From Gemmatimonadaceae bacterium (GTDB lineage Bacteria > Gemmatimonadota > Gemmatimonadetes > Gemmatimonadales > Gemmatimonadaceae): a stretch of DNA of 64,000 bases. Numbering within the stretch: the stretch's first letter is position 1; each line of letters starts with the position of its first letter. Location of the stretch: contig JBHYGA010000001.1 of assembly GCA_051859245.1 (NCBI GenBank), forward strand, positions 608,001 through 672,000, read 5' to 3'. Under the pieces are notes generated by a model, which was not told where the DNA came from, searched no databases, and was given only the letters and a program-made list of their open reading frames with translations. Below, piece after piece: positions 1 to 10,400 of the stretch. A program made the translations under genes and the position numbers.

Positions 1-1041
1 ATCACCACCAAAGCGCTTGTTGTCGATCGTTTCCGGATTGCTGTACCAATCCCACTGCAAGTACGGTCCCACTTCGCCTCGGGTGGTTTCCTTTGAATAC
101 CCGGCGCGCAGATACCAGGTGCGAATGGTGTGGTCGCCGGACAAACGCACGTTGTCGGTGGTCACGGCGCCCGACGGATTGATCAAGAATCGTGCGCGCT
201 GCGCCGCATTGATACCCGCGCCATTGACAACCTGCACCACGGCGGCTGCATCACGCTGCGATTTGTGATCAGCCTGCGCCCATTCGCCCTGCAACGTAAA
301 CGCACCAACCTTTGCTTCTGAATAGGCGTTCACCACGGTGAATGAGTCACGCGCCATCCACGGCAGTACGCCGCTTTTTGGTGAACCCGATCCAACGGCG
401 CGATCTGCGTTCGTGGCGCCGCCCGATGTGTAGCCCGACAGGCCCACGGTATAGCTGCCACGGCCGAAGTTGTAATTCACGTCGGCGCCGATCGGAAACG
501 TGCCTTCGATGTCACTGCCTTCGCCGTTGTCGGTGGAAACGCTGTAGCTCAACCGTCCGCTGCCGGCACGTGAAAAGCCGTAGACCATCGCGGTTGTTGT
601 GCGCGAGATGAGCAGATGGTCACCGTCAAACGCTTCCGGTGCTTCAATACCATAGTAGGTGGGCACCGCGTCGAGCACTTCATTGTAGAGACCAAACTTT
701 CGGTAGATCTTGCCGACGCGCACGTTGAACGCATTCGACTGCGACCATTCACCCCAGAGGTTACGTACGTCAACGTTGCCAGCGCCCGCACCGTTCAAGT
801 TGACGAACGCCTTGAAGTGCGGATCGAACTGATGCTGCATCATCACATTGAAGAACGGCTGCGCGAACTCTTTCGGCGTTGACTCGCGCTCAACAGTGTT
901 GCCATTGGCAAACGGTACGGAGAATGACTTCTCCAGTCGCGTTGAGAAATAGCCATACACCTGCAACGCATCCTGTGCGTGCGAGGCCGTGGGCAGCAGA
1001 AGGAACGCGACAACGGCGAGCGTGGCTCGACGAAATGTCAT
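1..1041 (-). CDS. Secreted outer-membrane porin-like beta-barrel protein (3' end runs off the window)
   Basis: Not in the ORF track; my translation is open from ATG 1041 to base 1: MTFRRATLAVVAFLLLPTASHAQDALQVYGYFSTRLEKSF... It has a Sec signal (ASHA|Q), amphipathic aromatic strands and a porin-like 'VRVGKIYRKFGLYNE' segment. Confidence 0.75.
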   Translation of the reverse strand, partial: MTFRRATLAVVAFLLLPTASHAQDALQVYGYFSTRLEKSFSVPFANGNTVERESTPKEFAQPFFNVMMQHQFDPHFKAFVNLNGAGAGNVDVRNLWGEWSQSNAFNVRVGKIYRKFGLYNEVLDAVPTYYGIEAPEAFDGDHLLISRTTTAMVYGFSRAGSGRLSYSVSTDNGEGSDIEGTFPIGADVNYNFGRGSYTVGLSGYTSGGATNADRAVGSGSPKSGVLPWMARDSFTVVNAYSEAKVGAFTLQGEWAQADHKSQRDAAAVVQVVNGAGINAAQRARFLINPSGAVTTDNVRLSGDHTIRTWYLRAGYSKETTRGEVGPYLQWDWYSNPETIDNKRFGGD

Positions 1042-1105
1042 AACTGGTCTCCGAGAAGAATGCCTGGTGATTCCCGACGGTACATGCGTACCTGATCGAC
1101 TCAGG

Positions 1106-1132
1106 GTATCGGCCGCTGGGATCGGAGCTTGA
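1106..1132 (-). promoter_or_regulatory. Sigma-28 (FliA)-type promoter for the porin gene
   Basis: Minus strand reads TCAAG-N14-GCCGATAC, matching TAAA-N15-GCCGATAA spacing and sequence. Confidence 0.7.
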
Positions 1133-1170
1133 GCTTTTCCGTGTGGGTCAGGGTTTCACCGACTGCGCGC

Positions 1171-1197
1171 TCAAGTTGCGACCGCTCGGTCCGACAC
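1171..1197 (+). promoter_or_regulatory. Sigma-28 (FliA)-type promoter for the MCP gene
   Basis: TCAAG-N14-TCCGACAC: same -35 and spacing as the divergent copy, upstream of a chemoreceptor. Confidence 0.6.
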
Positions 1198-1274
1198 TGA
1201 ATGGGGTGGCGTGGACGCTGTCGGAACTTCCGGTGGCGCATCCGCGTGTAGCAGCAACTCCGACATCGGATGCG

Positions 1275-3173
1275 ATGAACTACTTCTCAAACTTCCGCAC
1301 GGCGACCAAGCTGTTCGTGACCTCTGCGCTCACCACGATGCTCTTGATCGCGGTTGGTGTGGTAGGAATCCGGAACTCTGAACAGCAAGCGAAGGCGCTC
1401 GCGCAGTTGCAGCAACAGGAACTGCGCGGCATCTCGAGTGTGAAGCAGGCCAGTCTACTGTTGTCGTACATGACCGCAGAAGTTGGACGCGCGCTGCTCG
1501 CAACTGACACGGCCGAGGCCTCGTATCACGCGCAGAACATTGACGCGTACGGTGCTGAGTTTCTGGTGCAGATCACGCGTGCTGATTCAACGATCGTCGA
1601 CTCGGCGTCACAGGTGCGCATGAACGATGTGCGCACGGGGTACGCGGAGTTTCTGGCCACGGCCGCGCGCGCCGTGCAAGAACGCATGTCGTCGGACCTC
1701 GATGCCGCGCGAGGATCCGCGGTGGAAGCGTCCGCGGTTGGACAGGCACTCGTTGACATGATGGCCGAAGTTGCGACCAGCAAAGAGGTGCTGGGTGAGG
1801 AAGCCTTTGCGTCGGGCACTGCGGCCGCCGCGTCCGCACGACAGTTGCTCATGCTGCTGTTGGTAGGCGGCGCCATCGTGACGTTGCTGCTCGGCGCGCT
1901 CGTGTCGCGTTTGATTACGGTACCACTGGCACGAACCATGACCGTGCTCGAAGCGGTCGCCGAAGGCGATCTGTCGCGCGAGGTGCAAGTCGTGGGCAGC
2001 GACGAAGTCGCACGTATGGGACGCGCGCTGAATGTCGCCATTGGTGCACAGCGTGAATCGCTGGAGCGCGCGCGCGCCGCTGGGGAAGATGCACGTGTGG
2101 CGGCCGAACGTGAAGTTGCGCAAGCGGACGCGCTGCGCGCGCAGGTGGACAGTATTCTCGCGGTTGTTTCGGCCGCTGCAAAAGGCGACCTGACCCATTC
2201 GGTCACCGTTCGCGGAAGTGACGCGATCGGACGGATGGGCATTGCGCTCGATCAGTTCCTGACCGATCTGCGTGGAAGTATCGCGTCCATCGCTGCGCAT
2301 TCCAGCGGATTGTCGCAGTCATCGGACTCGCTCGCGGCTGTGAGTGAAGAAATGAGCGCCACGGCAGAAGAAGCAGCGGCGCAGGCTCGCGTGGTGTCCG
2401 AAACATCAGACGCGGTGCTGTCGCGTGTTCGTGAGATCGATCAGGGTGCCACCGCCGTTTCGGCGCGCGTTCGCGATATCGCGGCGAGTGCGGGGGATGC
2501 CAACGGTGTCGCGGAGCGCGCTGTGCAGGCCGCCCGCGAAGCGTCGGATACGATTGGCAGCCTGAACGCGTCGAGCAAGCGAATTGGCAAGGTGATCGAT
2601 GTCATTCAATCGATTGCGCAACAAACGAACATGTTGGCGCTGAATGCCGCGATTGAAGCGGCGCGAGCCGGCGCGGCAGGAGACGGATTCGCCGTGGTGG
2701 CAAACGAGGTGAAGACGCTGGCCACACGCACCTCAGAAGCCACGCGTGAAGTCGCCGACGTCATCAATGATATTCAGCGTGACTCCGGCGCGGCCGTGAC
2801 GGCCATCAGCGAAATCGGTACCGTGGTTGAGCGCATTCGCACACTGCAGCAGGCGATCACCACGGCGGTCGATGAGCACACCTCGACCGTGAGTGGCATG
2901 ACGTCCAGCATTGGCGGCGCGCGCGAGGCCACCGAGAATATCGTGCAGGGCATTGATGGCGTCGCCACCGCTGCTCGCGGCACGAGTGAGGGCGCGGAGC
3001 AGACGCAGGAGGCCGCTCAGCAGCTCGCGGCCTACGCGTCAGAGCTGGGAGAGCTGGTCGGCCGATTCCGTATTGATATTGCAGACGCTCGCGCCTCTGA
3101 TGTCAGCTTTGAGAGCGCCAGTTACGATGCGAGCGACGACGCGCTGTCACCAGACGAGGCGCTGGTGTACTGA
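1275..3173 (+). CDS. Methyl-accepting chemotaxis protein (two TM helices, periplasmic four-helix sensor, tandem HAMP, signalling domain)
   Basis: Signalling hairpin '[37 protein letters not shown]'; two HAMP-like segments. Start refined to ATG 1275 ([13 protein letters not shown]). Confidence 0.95.
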   Translation: MNYFSNFRTATKLFVTSALTTMLLIAVGVVGIRNSEQQAKALAQLQQQELRGISSVKQASLLLSYMTAEVGRALLATDTAEASYHAQNIDAYGAEFLVQITRADSTIVDSASQVRMNDVRTGYAEFLATAARAVQERMSSDLDAARGSAVEASAVGQALVDMMAEVATSKEVLGEEAFASGTAAAASARQLLMLLLVGGAIVTLLLGALVSRLITVPLARTMTVLEAVAEGDLSREVQVVGSDEVARMGRALNVAIGAQRESLERARAAGEDARVAAEREVAQADALRAQVDSILAVVSAAAKGDLTHSVTVRGSDAIGRMGIALDQFLTDLRGSIASIAAHSSGLSQSSDSLAAVSEEMSATAEEAAAQARVVSETSDAVLSRVREIDQGATAVSARVRDIAASAGDANGVAERAVQAAREASDTIGSLNASSKRIGKVIDVIQSIAQQTNMLALNAAIEAARAGAAGDGFAVVANEVKTLATRTSEATREVADVINDIQRDSGAAVTAISEIGTVVERIRTLQQAITTAVDEHTSTVSGMTSSIGGAREATENIVQGIDGVATAARGTSEGAEQTQEAAQQLAAYASELGELVGRFRIDIADARASDVSFESASYDASDDALSPDEALVY

Positions 3174-3180
3174 CCACGGA

Positions 3181-3210
3181 CCGCGACGCGCGATTAACTG
3201 CGCGTCGCGG
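3181..3210. terminator. GC-rich hairpin between convergent genes, possible bidirectional terminator
   Basis: CCGCGACGCGC-gattaact-GCGCGTCGCGG, an 11-bp perfect stem with no U tract. Confidence 0.45.
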
Positions 3211-3562
3211 CCAGGGCGAGACAAATCCAGCCGGCAATAAAACACACGCCACCAATTGGCGTGATCGCGCCGAGGGCACGAATGCCGGTAAACGTCATGG
3301 CGTACAGCGAGCCGGAGAAGAGCAGGGTGCCGGCGAGAAACAGCCACCCGCTGCTGTTGACCAGCGACCCTGGCCAGCGCGTGGCGGCCCACGCTACGGC
3401 CAGCAGCGCGAGGGCGTGATACATCTGGTAGCGTGCGGCCGTTTCGAACACTTCGAGCTGGCGAGGTTCCAGACGAGCGCGCAGCGCGTGCGCACCAAAC
3501 GCGCCGGCACCAACACTGATCGCGGCGGAAAGCGCGCCGAGCAGAGCAAATGTTTTTTCCAT
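3194..3562 (-). CDS. DUF423 (YgdD/YwdK-like) small membrane protein
   Basis: Motifs 'GAFGAH', 'YQMYHALALL', 'LFSGSLY' and 'ITPIGG'. Confidence 0.9.
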   Translation of the reverse strand: MEKTFALLGALSAAISVGAGAFGAHALRARLEPRQLEVFETAARYQMYHALALLAVAWAATRWPGSLVNSSGWLFLAGTLLFSGSLYAMTFTGIRALGAITPIGGVCFIAGWICLALAATRS

Positions 3563-3575
3563 GCGCGAAGAATAG

Positions 3576-4625
3576 CTAGTTGCCTTCGGCTCGGCACGAC
3601 TTTGTGATTTTGCCCAACTCCTTCGGCTTGTCGAGGATCTGCCAGAACTGGCCGAGATAGCGGCTCACCTGCTCACGCTTGTTCTCGGTGAGCCCGGGGA
3701 TGCTGGCCCACAGCGAGTCGATGGCAGGACGGGCCGCCTGAAACTTCAGCACCGTGGGCAGCCATTCCGCTTCGGTGTAACACGGCCCCATGTAGTAGCG
3801 CTCCGCCACTGACTTGATCGGAAGGCGATAGTCCGGCCGCGAGTATCTGGTTTTGAGCAAGCCAACCCAATCCCAGTCGTACGCCACCGTGCGAATCACA
3901 CCGGTGGTATCCTGCAGCAGATACACGTTGTGCAGCGCGCCGAGTGACCAGTCAGAGTTGCCAACCATCAGCGCGAACAACGCCATGGATTGCAGTGTGA
4001 CCGGCTCCACATCGCGAAAGCGTGCGCCCTTCATCTCTTCCTGCAGCTTCATGTCGTGCTCTTTGGCCACTTCTTCGTCCAACTCGCCAAAGAACGCGTA
4101 CACCGTGATCGGCTTCATGCGTGCCGCCGAGTCTTCGTACGTAATGCGCGCGAGACGCGTGCGCGGGTGGATCGGATTCAGCAACTGATACATCCGGTAC
4201 ACGCCGTACTCCTGCAGGATGTACTGATCGTACTCCGTATCACCGGGCCGGCATGATGTGGTGATCTTCGTGCGCGGATTGCCCTGCAGCTCCGTGCCTC
4301 GCGCGTCGGCACCCTTCACGCGAATGAACAGGGGCGGAAACGAGCAGTTGCCTTTCTGTCGACGGAAATGCCCACGCGCTCGCAGCTCCGTTGGCACCGT
4401 GACCGTGCTGTCGCCTTTTTTGTACGAGAACGAAGCGCCAAACCACTCCAGCTGTGTGGAGTCGCGTTCACGCGTGAGATCACGCAGGTTGGTGGTGATC
4501 GTTACCTGCAGCACGGAGTCGCTGCGGAAGAGCGGTTGTGCGTGGCTCGCGGTTGCCACGCCGCCAGACGCCAGCAAAATGCACGCCGCGACCTGTATCG
4601 CGCGCAGCAGTGGGAAAGTTCGCAT
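3576..4625 (-). CDS. Secreted protein with CotH-like atypical kinase motifs
   Basis: Signal peptide; 'ELRARGHFRR', 'EYGVYRMY', 'VGNSDWS...HNVYL' and 'AYDWD' parallel the CotH motifs RGxxS, RExLxY, NxD...NxYL and PWDxD. Confidence 0.55.
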   Translation of the reverse strand: MRTFPLLRAIQVAACILLASGGVATASHAQPLFRSDSVLQVTITTNLRDLTRERDSTQLEWFGASFSYKKGDSTVTVPTELRARGHFRRQKGNCSFPPLFIRVKGADARGTELQGNPRTKITTSCRPGDTEYDQYILQEYGVYRMYQLLNPIHPRTRLARITYEDSAARMKPITVYAFFGELDEEVAKEHDMKLQEEMKGARFRDVEPVTLQSMALFALMVGNSDWSLGALHNVYLLQDTTGVIRTVAYDWDWVGLLKTRYSRPDYRLPIKSVAERYYMGPCYTEAEWLPTVLKFQAARPAIDSLWASIPGLTENKREQVSRYLGQFWQILDKPKELGKITKSCRAEGN

Positions 4626-5641
4626 TAGCGGAGCTCCAGTTTACGAACGGGAGAATCAGGCAGCGCGCGCAGATCATCGCTGACTACACCTATCGTGACC
4701 GTCTCAGAAAAAGTGACGCCGTATTCCGCCACTCGCCAGTTGTCCTGCTGTACCGACCCCATGTACTTCCACCGCGCGAAAAAGCCATTGAAGCGTGGTT
4801 CGCAGGAGCGCCGTGTTGCTTCCACGTCATCCGTGTGAATGCGCAGCAGATTCTCAAACGCCGGAGGCGCCTCACGCTCGCCGGTGTCCTGTTCCTCGGT
4901 GGCGTTGCGCTTGCGGCGTCGCCACGCGCGATCGGCAATCGCTTCCAACTGTTCCGATGACAATGACTTGAGCACTTCGTCATCCAGTTTCGCCACAAAC
5001 ATGCCCGTCCGATTGGCTACCGCGAGCGCCTTCTGCATGCGTCGTTCCGCCGTCTTGCCTTCAAGCGCCGAGGGACGACCAAAGTCTGTGTACCACAGAC
5101 CGAGTATGAGCGTGTTGAAGCCGATCGAAATCACCCACGACACGCTGGGCGCAACCGCCGCCGCCATGCCAATGCCGGTCACCACAAAAATGCCAGCGGC
5201 GTCTTTGCTGTCGTCCAGCGTGGTGCGGAACCGAACCGCTGCCACGATGCCGCCGAGCGAGAATGCCAACGCAATCGAATACTTGACCAGCACAACAATA
5301 CCGGCCACCACCACGGGCAGAATGAGATACGTCTGCACGATCGACTGCAGATACCCTTTTTTGCGTCGCGTCAGTGTGTAGATCCACGCCACCGGCAGGG
5401 CTGAGGCGAACGCCGTGAGCATGGCAATGGATGTGGCCAGCGCCGAGGGCCCGGGCCCATTGTCCGTGCCGGACGGGGTCGATGCGCGCAGCAGATCCGG
5501 CATGGTCTCGCCGCCCAGCACACCCCACGCCGACGGCACGTAGCGGTACACAACGGCGGCGAGAGCGCCAAACACGAGGTAGTAGATGACGACGCGAGCG
5601 ACAGCGTTTCGCCAGAGGGGGTGTTCTGTCAGCCAATCCAT
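4625..5641 (-). CDS. DUF4956-family inner-membrane protein
   Basis: 'SIALAFSLGGIVAAVRFRTTLDDSKD...GIGMA' DUF4956 signature; several TM helices; start refined to ATG 5641; 1-nt overlap with the next gene. Confidence 0.8.
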   Translation of the reverse strand: MDWLTEHPLWRNAVARVVIYYLVFGALAAVVYRYVPSAWGVLGGETMPDLLRASTPSGTDNGPGPSALATSIAMLTAFASALPVAWIYTLTRRKKGYLQSIVQTYLILPVVVAGIVVLVKYSIALAFSLGGIVAAVRFRTTLDDSKDAAGIFVVTGIGMAAAVAPSVSWVISIGFNTLILGLWYTDFGRPSALEGKTAERRMQKALAVANRTGMFVAKLDDEVLKSLSSEQLEAIADRAWRRRKRNATEEQDTGEREAPPAFENLLRIHTDDVEATRRSCEPRFNGFFARWKYMGSVQQDNWRVAEYGVTFSETVTIGVVSDDLRALPDSPVRKLELR

Positions 5642-5732
5642 AGCGCGAAATTGGAGGTCCACGCGCCGGACCACAACAGCGGGATTGGGGTTCGAGAGAT
5701 AGTTTGATGCAGAACCCTCACCACCAAGCCCC

Positions 5733-7466
5733 GTGATTCGACCACTGATCGTTGCGTGCCTGGTTGCGGCAGGTTGCGTTCACGCGCAGCCGGCGCCGTC
5801 TGTAGCATCGCCTTTGGGCGGTAGGCCCACGGGCGGTGCGCCCATGGGCCATGCGCCTACCGGCAGTGCGCCAAGCGGCAGTACGCCAAGCGGCAGTACG
5901 CCAAGCGGCAATGCGCCAAGCGGCAATGCGCCCACCGCGACGGCCGACCCGGCGCTCGTCGTGGTCGTCACGATCGACCAGCTCACGCCGCGGTATCTCG
6001 AGCGGTGGCGCACGCAGTTCACCGGCGGCCTGGCACGCCTGCTCAACGAAGGCGCGGTCTTCACCAACGCGTATCACGATCACGCCATCACGGAAACCGC
6101 GCCCGGGCACGCCGCGGTCCTGTCTGGACGATTCCCCTACAGCACGGGAATCGCCATGAACTACGCGGGCGTGAACACCGACGAGAGCCCGCTCATTGAT
6201 GCGAGTGACGCGGGCGCCAGCCCGTCGCGCTTTCGCGGCACGACGCTCGCCGACTGGATGACGTCGGCCAACGCGGCGTCCCGCGTGCTGTCGGTTTCGC
6301 GCAAGGATCGCGGTGCGATTCTGCCGGTTGGTCGGGCCAAACACTCGGTGTTCTGGTACGCGATGTCGAATGGGTCGTTCACCACAAGTTCGTGGTATGC
6401 CGATACGGTGCCGAGCTGGGTACGCGCGTTTAATGCCGAGCAGGCGGTGATGACGCGGTATGCGGGCCGGAAGTGGGAGCTGTTGCTGCCCGATTCGGCG
6501 TACGCCGAACCGGACACCGTGGTGAGCGAGAGTTTCGGGCAGGATTTCGTGTTCCCGTACGTCATGCCCTCCGACGCGCTGCGCGCGACGAACTTGCTGG
6601 TCGCGTTCCCGTTCATGGACGAGCTCACGCTCGAGTTTGCGTGGCGCGGCGTCAAGTCGATGCAACTCGGACAACGTGCCGCGCCCGATCTGCTGGCCGT
6701 CTCGCTGTCTACCACAGACGCGGTTGGGCATCGCTGGGGGCCTGAATCGCGCGAGATGCACGACCACATTCTGCGTGTGGATCGTGCGCTCGGGGCCTTC
6801 TTTGATTCGTTGCTGACCGTGGTTCCCGCCGAACGCCTGGTGATTGCCCTCACGAGTGATCACGGCGTGGCGCCAAGTCCGGATATGCGCTCGGGCGTGG
6901 TCAACAACGCGCGTGCGCAGCGGGTGATGCTGGATGACTTTCAGCCCGCGATCACCGCGTCTGCCGTACGCGCGTCACAGGCAAAGTTTCCGCTGGAAGC
7001 GCTCGACTTTGACGGTTTCACACTGACGGTAAATCGCAGCATCGTGAAAGGCCGTGAGCGTGATATTCGCAATATTGCCACAGCATTTGCCAAGGAAGCA
7101 CGCACGATGCCTGGCGTACTGCGAGTGGATCTCATTGACGATCTCGCGAAAGCCGATACGGTGAACGATGCGATTGCGCGCCGCTGGCTGCACATGTTCA
7201 AACCGGGAGGCGATGTCGTTGCCACGGTCACCTTGAACGAGTTCAATATCTTCGGACGCAGCAACGTGGCGACACACGGCAGTCCGCATGACTACGACGC
7301 GCATGTCCCGTTGATTTTCTGGGGCGCGCCGTTTGCAGCACGAAGCGACAACAGTTTCGTTCGCGTGGTGGATCTTGGCCCAACACTTGCCAACGTCCTC
7401 GGCGTACCGATCACCGAGCGTGTGGACGGACGCGTGCTCAGCGCTGCGTTGCGTAGTTTGCCCTAG
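5733..7466 (+). CDS. Alkaline phosphatase/nucleotide pyrophosphatase family protein (PafA-like)
   Basis: 'IDQL', Thr nucleophile in 'TETAPGH', 'KDRGA', 'DAVGH', 'TSDHG', 'THGSP'; signal peptide. Confidence 0.9.
   Translation: MIRPLIVACLVAAGCVHAQPAPSVASPLGGRPTGGAPMGHAPTGSAPSGSTPSGSTPSGNAPSGNAPTATADPALVVVVTIDQLTPRYLERWRTQFTGGLARLLNEGAVFTNAYHDHAITETAPGHAAVLSGRFPYSTGIAMNYAGVNTDESPLIDASDAGASPSRFRGTTLADWMTSANAASRVLSVSRKDRGAILPVGRAKHSVFWYAMSNGSFTTSSWYADTVPSWVRAFNAEQAVMTRYAGRKWELLLPDSAYAEPDTVVSESFGQDFVFPYVMPSDALRATNLLVAFPFMDELTLEFAWRGVKSMQLGQRAAPDLLAVSLSTTDAVGHRWGPESREMHDHILRVDRALGAFFDSLLTVVPAERLVIALTSDHGVAPSPDMRSGVVNNARAQRVMLDDFQPAITASAVRASQAKFPLEALDFDGFTLTVNRSIVKGRERDIRNIATAFAKEARTMPGVLRVDLIDDLAKADTVNDAIARRWLHMFKPGGDVVATVTLNEFNIFGRSNVATHGSPHDYDAHVPLIFWGAPFAARSDNSFVRVVDLGPTLANVLGVPITERVDGRVLSAALRSLP
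5817..5936 (+). repeat. In-frame 15-bp tandem repeat (8 units, last 5 near-identical) encoding G-x-x-P-x
   Basis: ggcagtgcgccaagc, ggcagtacgccaagc x2, ggcaatgcgccaagc and ggcaatgcgcccacc (5862-5936), preceded by three degenerate units. Confidence 0.9.
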
Positions 7467-10400
7467 TCGCCCGCAACCGGCTGCGGCATGGCCCCGCGCA
7501 CATCGGGCGACCCGAGCACGAAGGAACGCAGCTTTGATGTGAGCGCGTGCATGATCACATACAAACACGGTACCACGAACAGCGTGAGCAATGTGGACAC
7601 GGAGAGTCCGCCCACCACTGCGATCGCGAGCGGACGCATGAGCTCCGAGCCGTTACCAATGCCAAGCGCGAGCGGTGCCGTGCCAACCAGAGAGGTGATC
7701 GTGGTCATCAGGATAGGGCGCATTCGCGCCGCTCCGGCTTCCACGACGGCTTCACCAACCGATGCTCCGGTTTCCTTGATGTGCGCGTTGACAAACTCGA
7801 CCAGCAGAATCGAGTTGTTCACCACAATACCGGCCAGCAGAATCATGCCCAGCAGCGCGGGGGCGCTGAAGGGTGTGCCGGTAATCTTCAGAATGCCCAC
7901 CACGCCCACGAGCGACATTGGCACGGCCGCCAAAATCACAAACGGATCGGACAGACTCTCGTACTGCACGGACAGCACAACAAAGACGAGAAAGATCGCG
8001 AGTCCAACCACCAGCAGCATCTGCGCATTGCTCTCTTCAATCGCTTCGGCTTCGCCGCCGATCAGCACACCGTATCCATCCGGGATATCGAGCTGCGCCA
8101 GGCGCGTGCGAATGGAATCGGTCACGGCGCCAACACTTGCGACGTTCGTGAGCACATCGCCGGTGAGCTGAATCTGCCGATTCTGATTCACGCGTCGGAT
8201 GCTCGACGGTCCGAGCGCGGGTCCAACAAATGCGACGTCGCGCAACTGTACCGGATCGCGACCGGCGCCCGCCGGAAACAGCGGCAAATCCGCCAGGTTG
8301 TTCACGCTCTGGAAGCGTCCGCGTGGAAAGAAGACGCGCACGTCATACTCAAAATTGCCCTCGGCGTATCGCGTTGCGACCGTGCCGTCGAGCGCCGTAC
8401 GAATCGTCTGACCAACCGTTGCGACGTCAAGCCCGAGTGTCCGCGCACGCTCGCGATCGAGTTCGATGGAAAGCAGCGGGTTCTGTTCGTCCGCTTGCAG
8501 GTCAAAGTTCTGCAGCCCCGGCGTGCCTTGCAACGTCCGCGCGACCGTGCGTCCGATCTGCTCGAGTGTTTGCAGTTCATCACCAACAATGGCAACCGAG
8601 ACCGCTTCGCCGCTGCTTGAGGTGCGCAGCCCGCGAATACGTGGCGGTCGTACGCCCACACGCGCACCGGCAAAGCCGCGTTCATCGATGCGCGTTTGCA
8701 ACTGCGTGACCCACTGTTCCGCGGTAATGGAGCGATCGCGCGCGCCATCGAGGCGAATGTCGAGACTCCCGCGTCCCGCGTTTGCGCTGTTTGACCCGCC
8801 GAACAGAAATCCGCCGGCCGTGGCAAACACACTCTGCACGTTCGGCATCGCCTGCACCATGGACTCAAGCTCGCGCGTGAGCCGGTCAGTTTGCGCCGGC
8901 GTGGCGCCCGCTGGCAGTCGTACGAATGCGCTCACCGTACCATCGTCCACCTGCGGAAGAAACTCCGACGGGATGCCGCGGCCCACGTAAATCGCGATTG
9001 CTGAAATACCGACTGCCGCACCAACCACCGTCCATTTCCAGCGTACCGCACCCGCCGCCGCCGAGCGATAGCCTTCAATCATGCGCTTGAGAAAACGATC
9101 GAATGCCACGAGCGGTCCGAAGCGTTCAAGTCCACTTGAGAACCGAACTTTGCCAAGCTGCGCGGCCAGCATGGGCACGAGTGTGAGCGCCAGCGGAAGC
9201 GACGCGAGAATGGCGAACGAAATGGTGAGAATGAGCTCACGGAAGATGAGCGCCGCCAGTCCGGTAATGAGCAGGAACGGTGCCACCGACGCGAGATTGG
9301 TGGTCGTGGACGCCACCACCGCGTTCGACACTTCGGCCGCGCCAACGTGCGCGCTTTCTTCGGAGTCGAGTCCATCCGAGACACGACGTCGATAGATGTT
9401 CTCCAACATCACGATCGAGTTGTCGAGCAACAAGCCGGTGCCGAGCGCAAGACCGCCGAGCGACATGATGTTGAGCGTCAGGTCACCAATGCCCATCATG
9501 ACGAACGTGGCCAGAACGGCCAGCGGAATGGAGACACCAATGATGAACGTCTTCCGGAACGAGCGCAGGAAAATCAGCACCACGAACATCGCGAGAATCG
9601 CACCCGTCACCGCCGCGCCCTGGACCGACGAGAGCGCATCGCGAATGAATCCCGACTGGTCGAACGTGACGTTGTAGTCGATATCGCGCGGGATGTAGGC
9701 ACTCTCACGCAGTCGACCGAGCAACTCCTGCACGCCGTCCACCACTTCTACCGTGTTGGCTTCCGGCTGCTTCTGAATACCAATGCGCACGGCCGGTGAG
9801 CCATTGAGTCGCGCCCAGAAACGCTGTTCCTGGCTCGTGTCGCGCACGATCGCCACATCGCGCAGTGGAATACGTGTACCACCGGCGCCCGTGAGCAGCA
9901 CGCCGCGAATCTCTTCTACACTTTCGAACTTGCCCGTGGTGCGACTGACCAGCTCCAGGTCAGGTCCCGACACACGTCCGCCAGCGATGTTCTGATTGTC
10001 ATTGCGCAGCGCCGACAGCACGCCGTTTACTGACAATCCGAATCCACGCAGGCGCTCCGGATCAAGCTCGATCTGCACTTCACGCACCAATCCACCCGAC
10101 ACATCAACTGACGCGACACCATCGACCGACAGCAGCTGCGGACGCAGTCGCTGCTCGACCCACTGGCGCAGCCCCACGAGATCGCGCTCCGTGCTGGAGA
10201 ACGCGACCTGATAGATCTGCATCTGCGACGGGTCCGACTTGTTGATTACCGGCGGATCGGCTTCGACGGGCAGTCGTGCGCGCACGCGCTCGACATTCTT
10301 GGCCGCGTCCTGCAGCGCAAAGTCAACGTTGGTGCCGTAGCGGAAATCGAGCGACACGTTCACGCGTCCCTCGGAAATATCCGTTTCCATGCGCTGCAGA

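Noticed and set aside
5817..5936. Tandem repeat as a CRISPR array
   Set aside because: The 15-bp units have no spacers, lie in frame within a CDS, and no cas genes are present.
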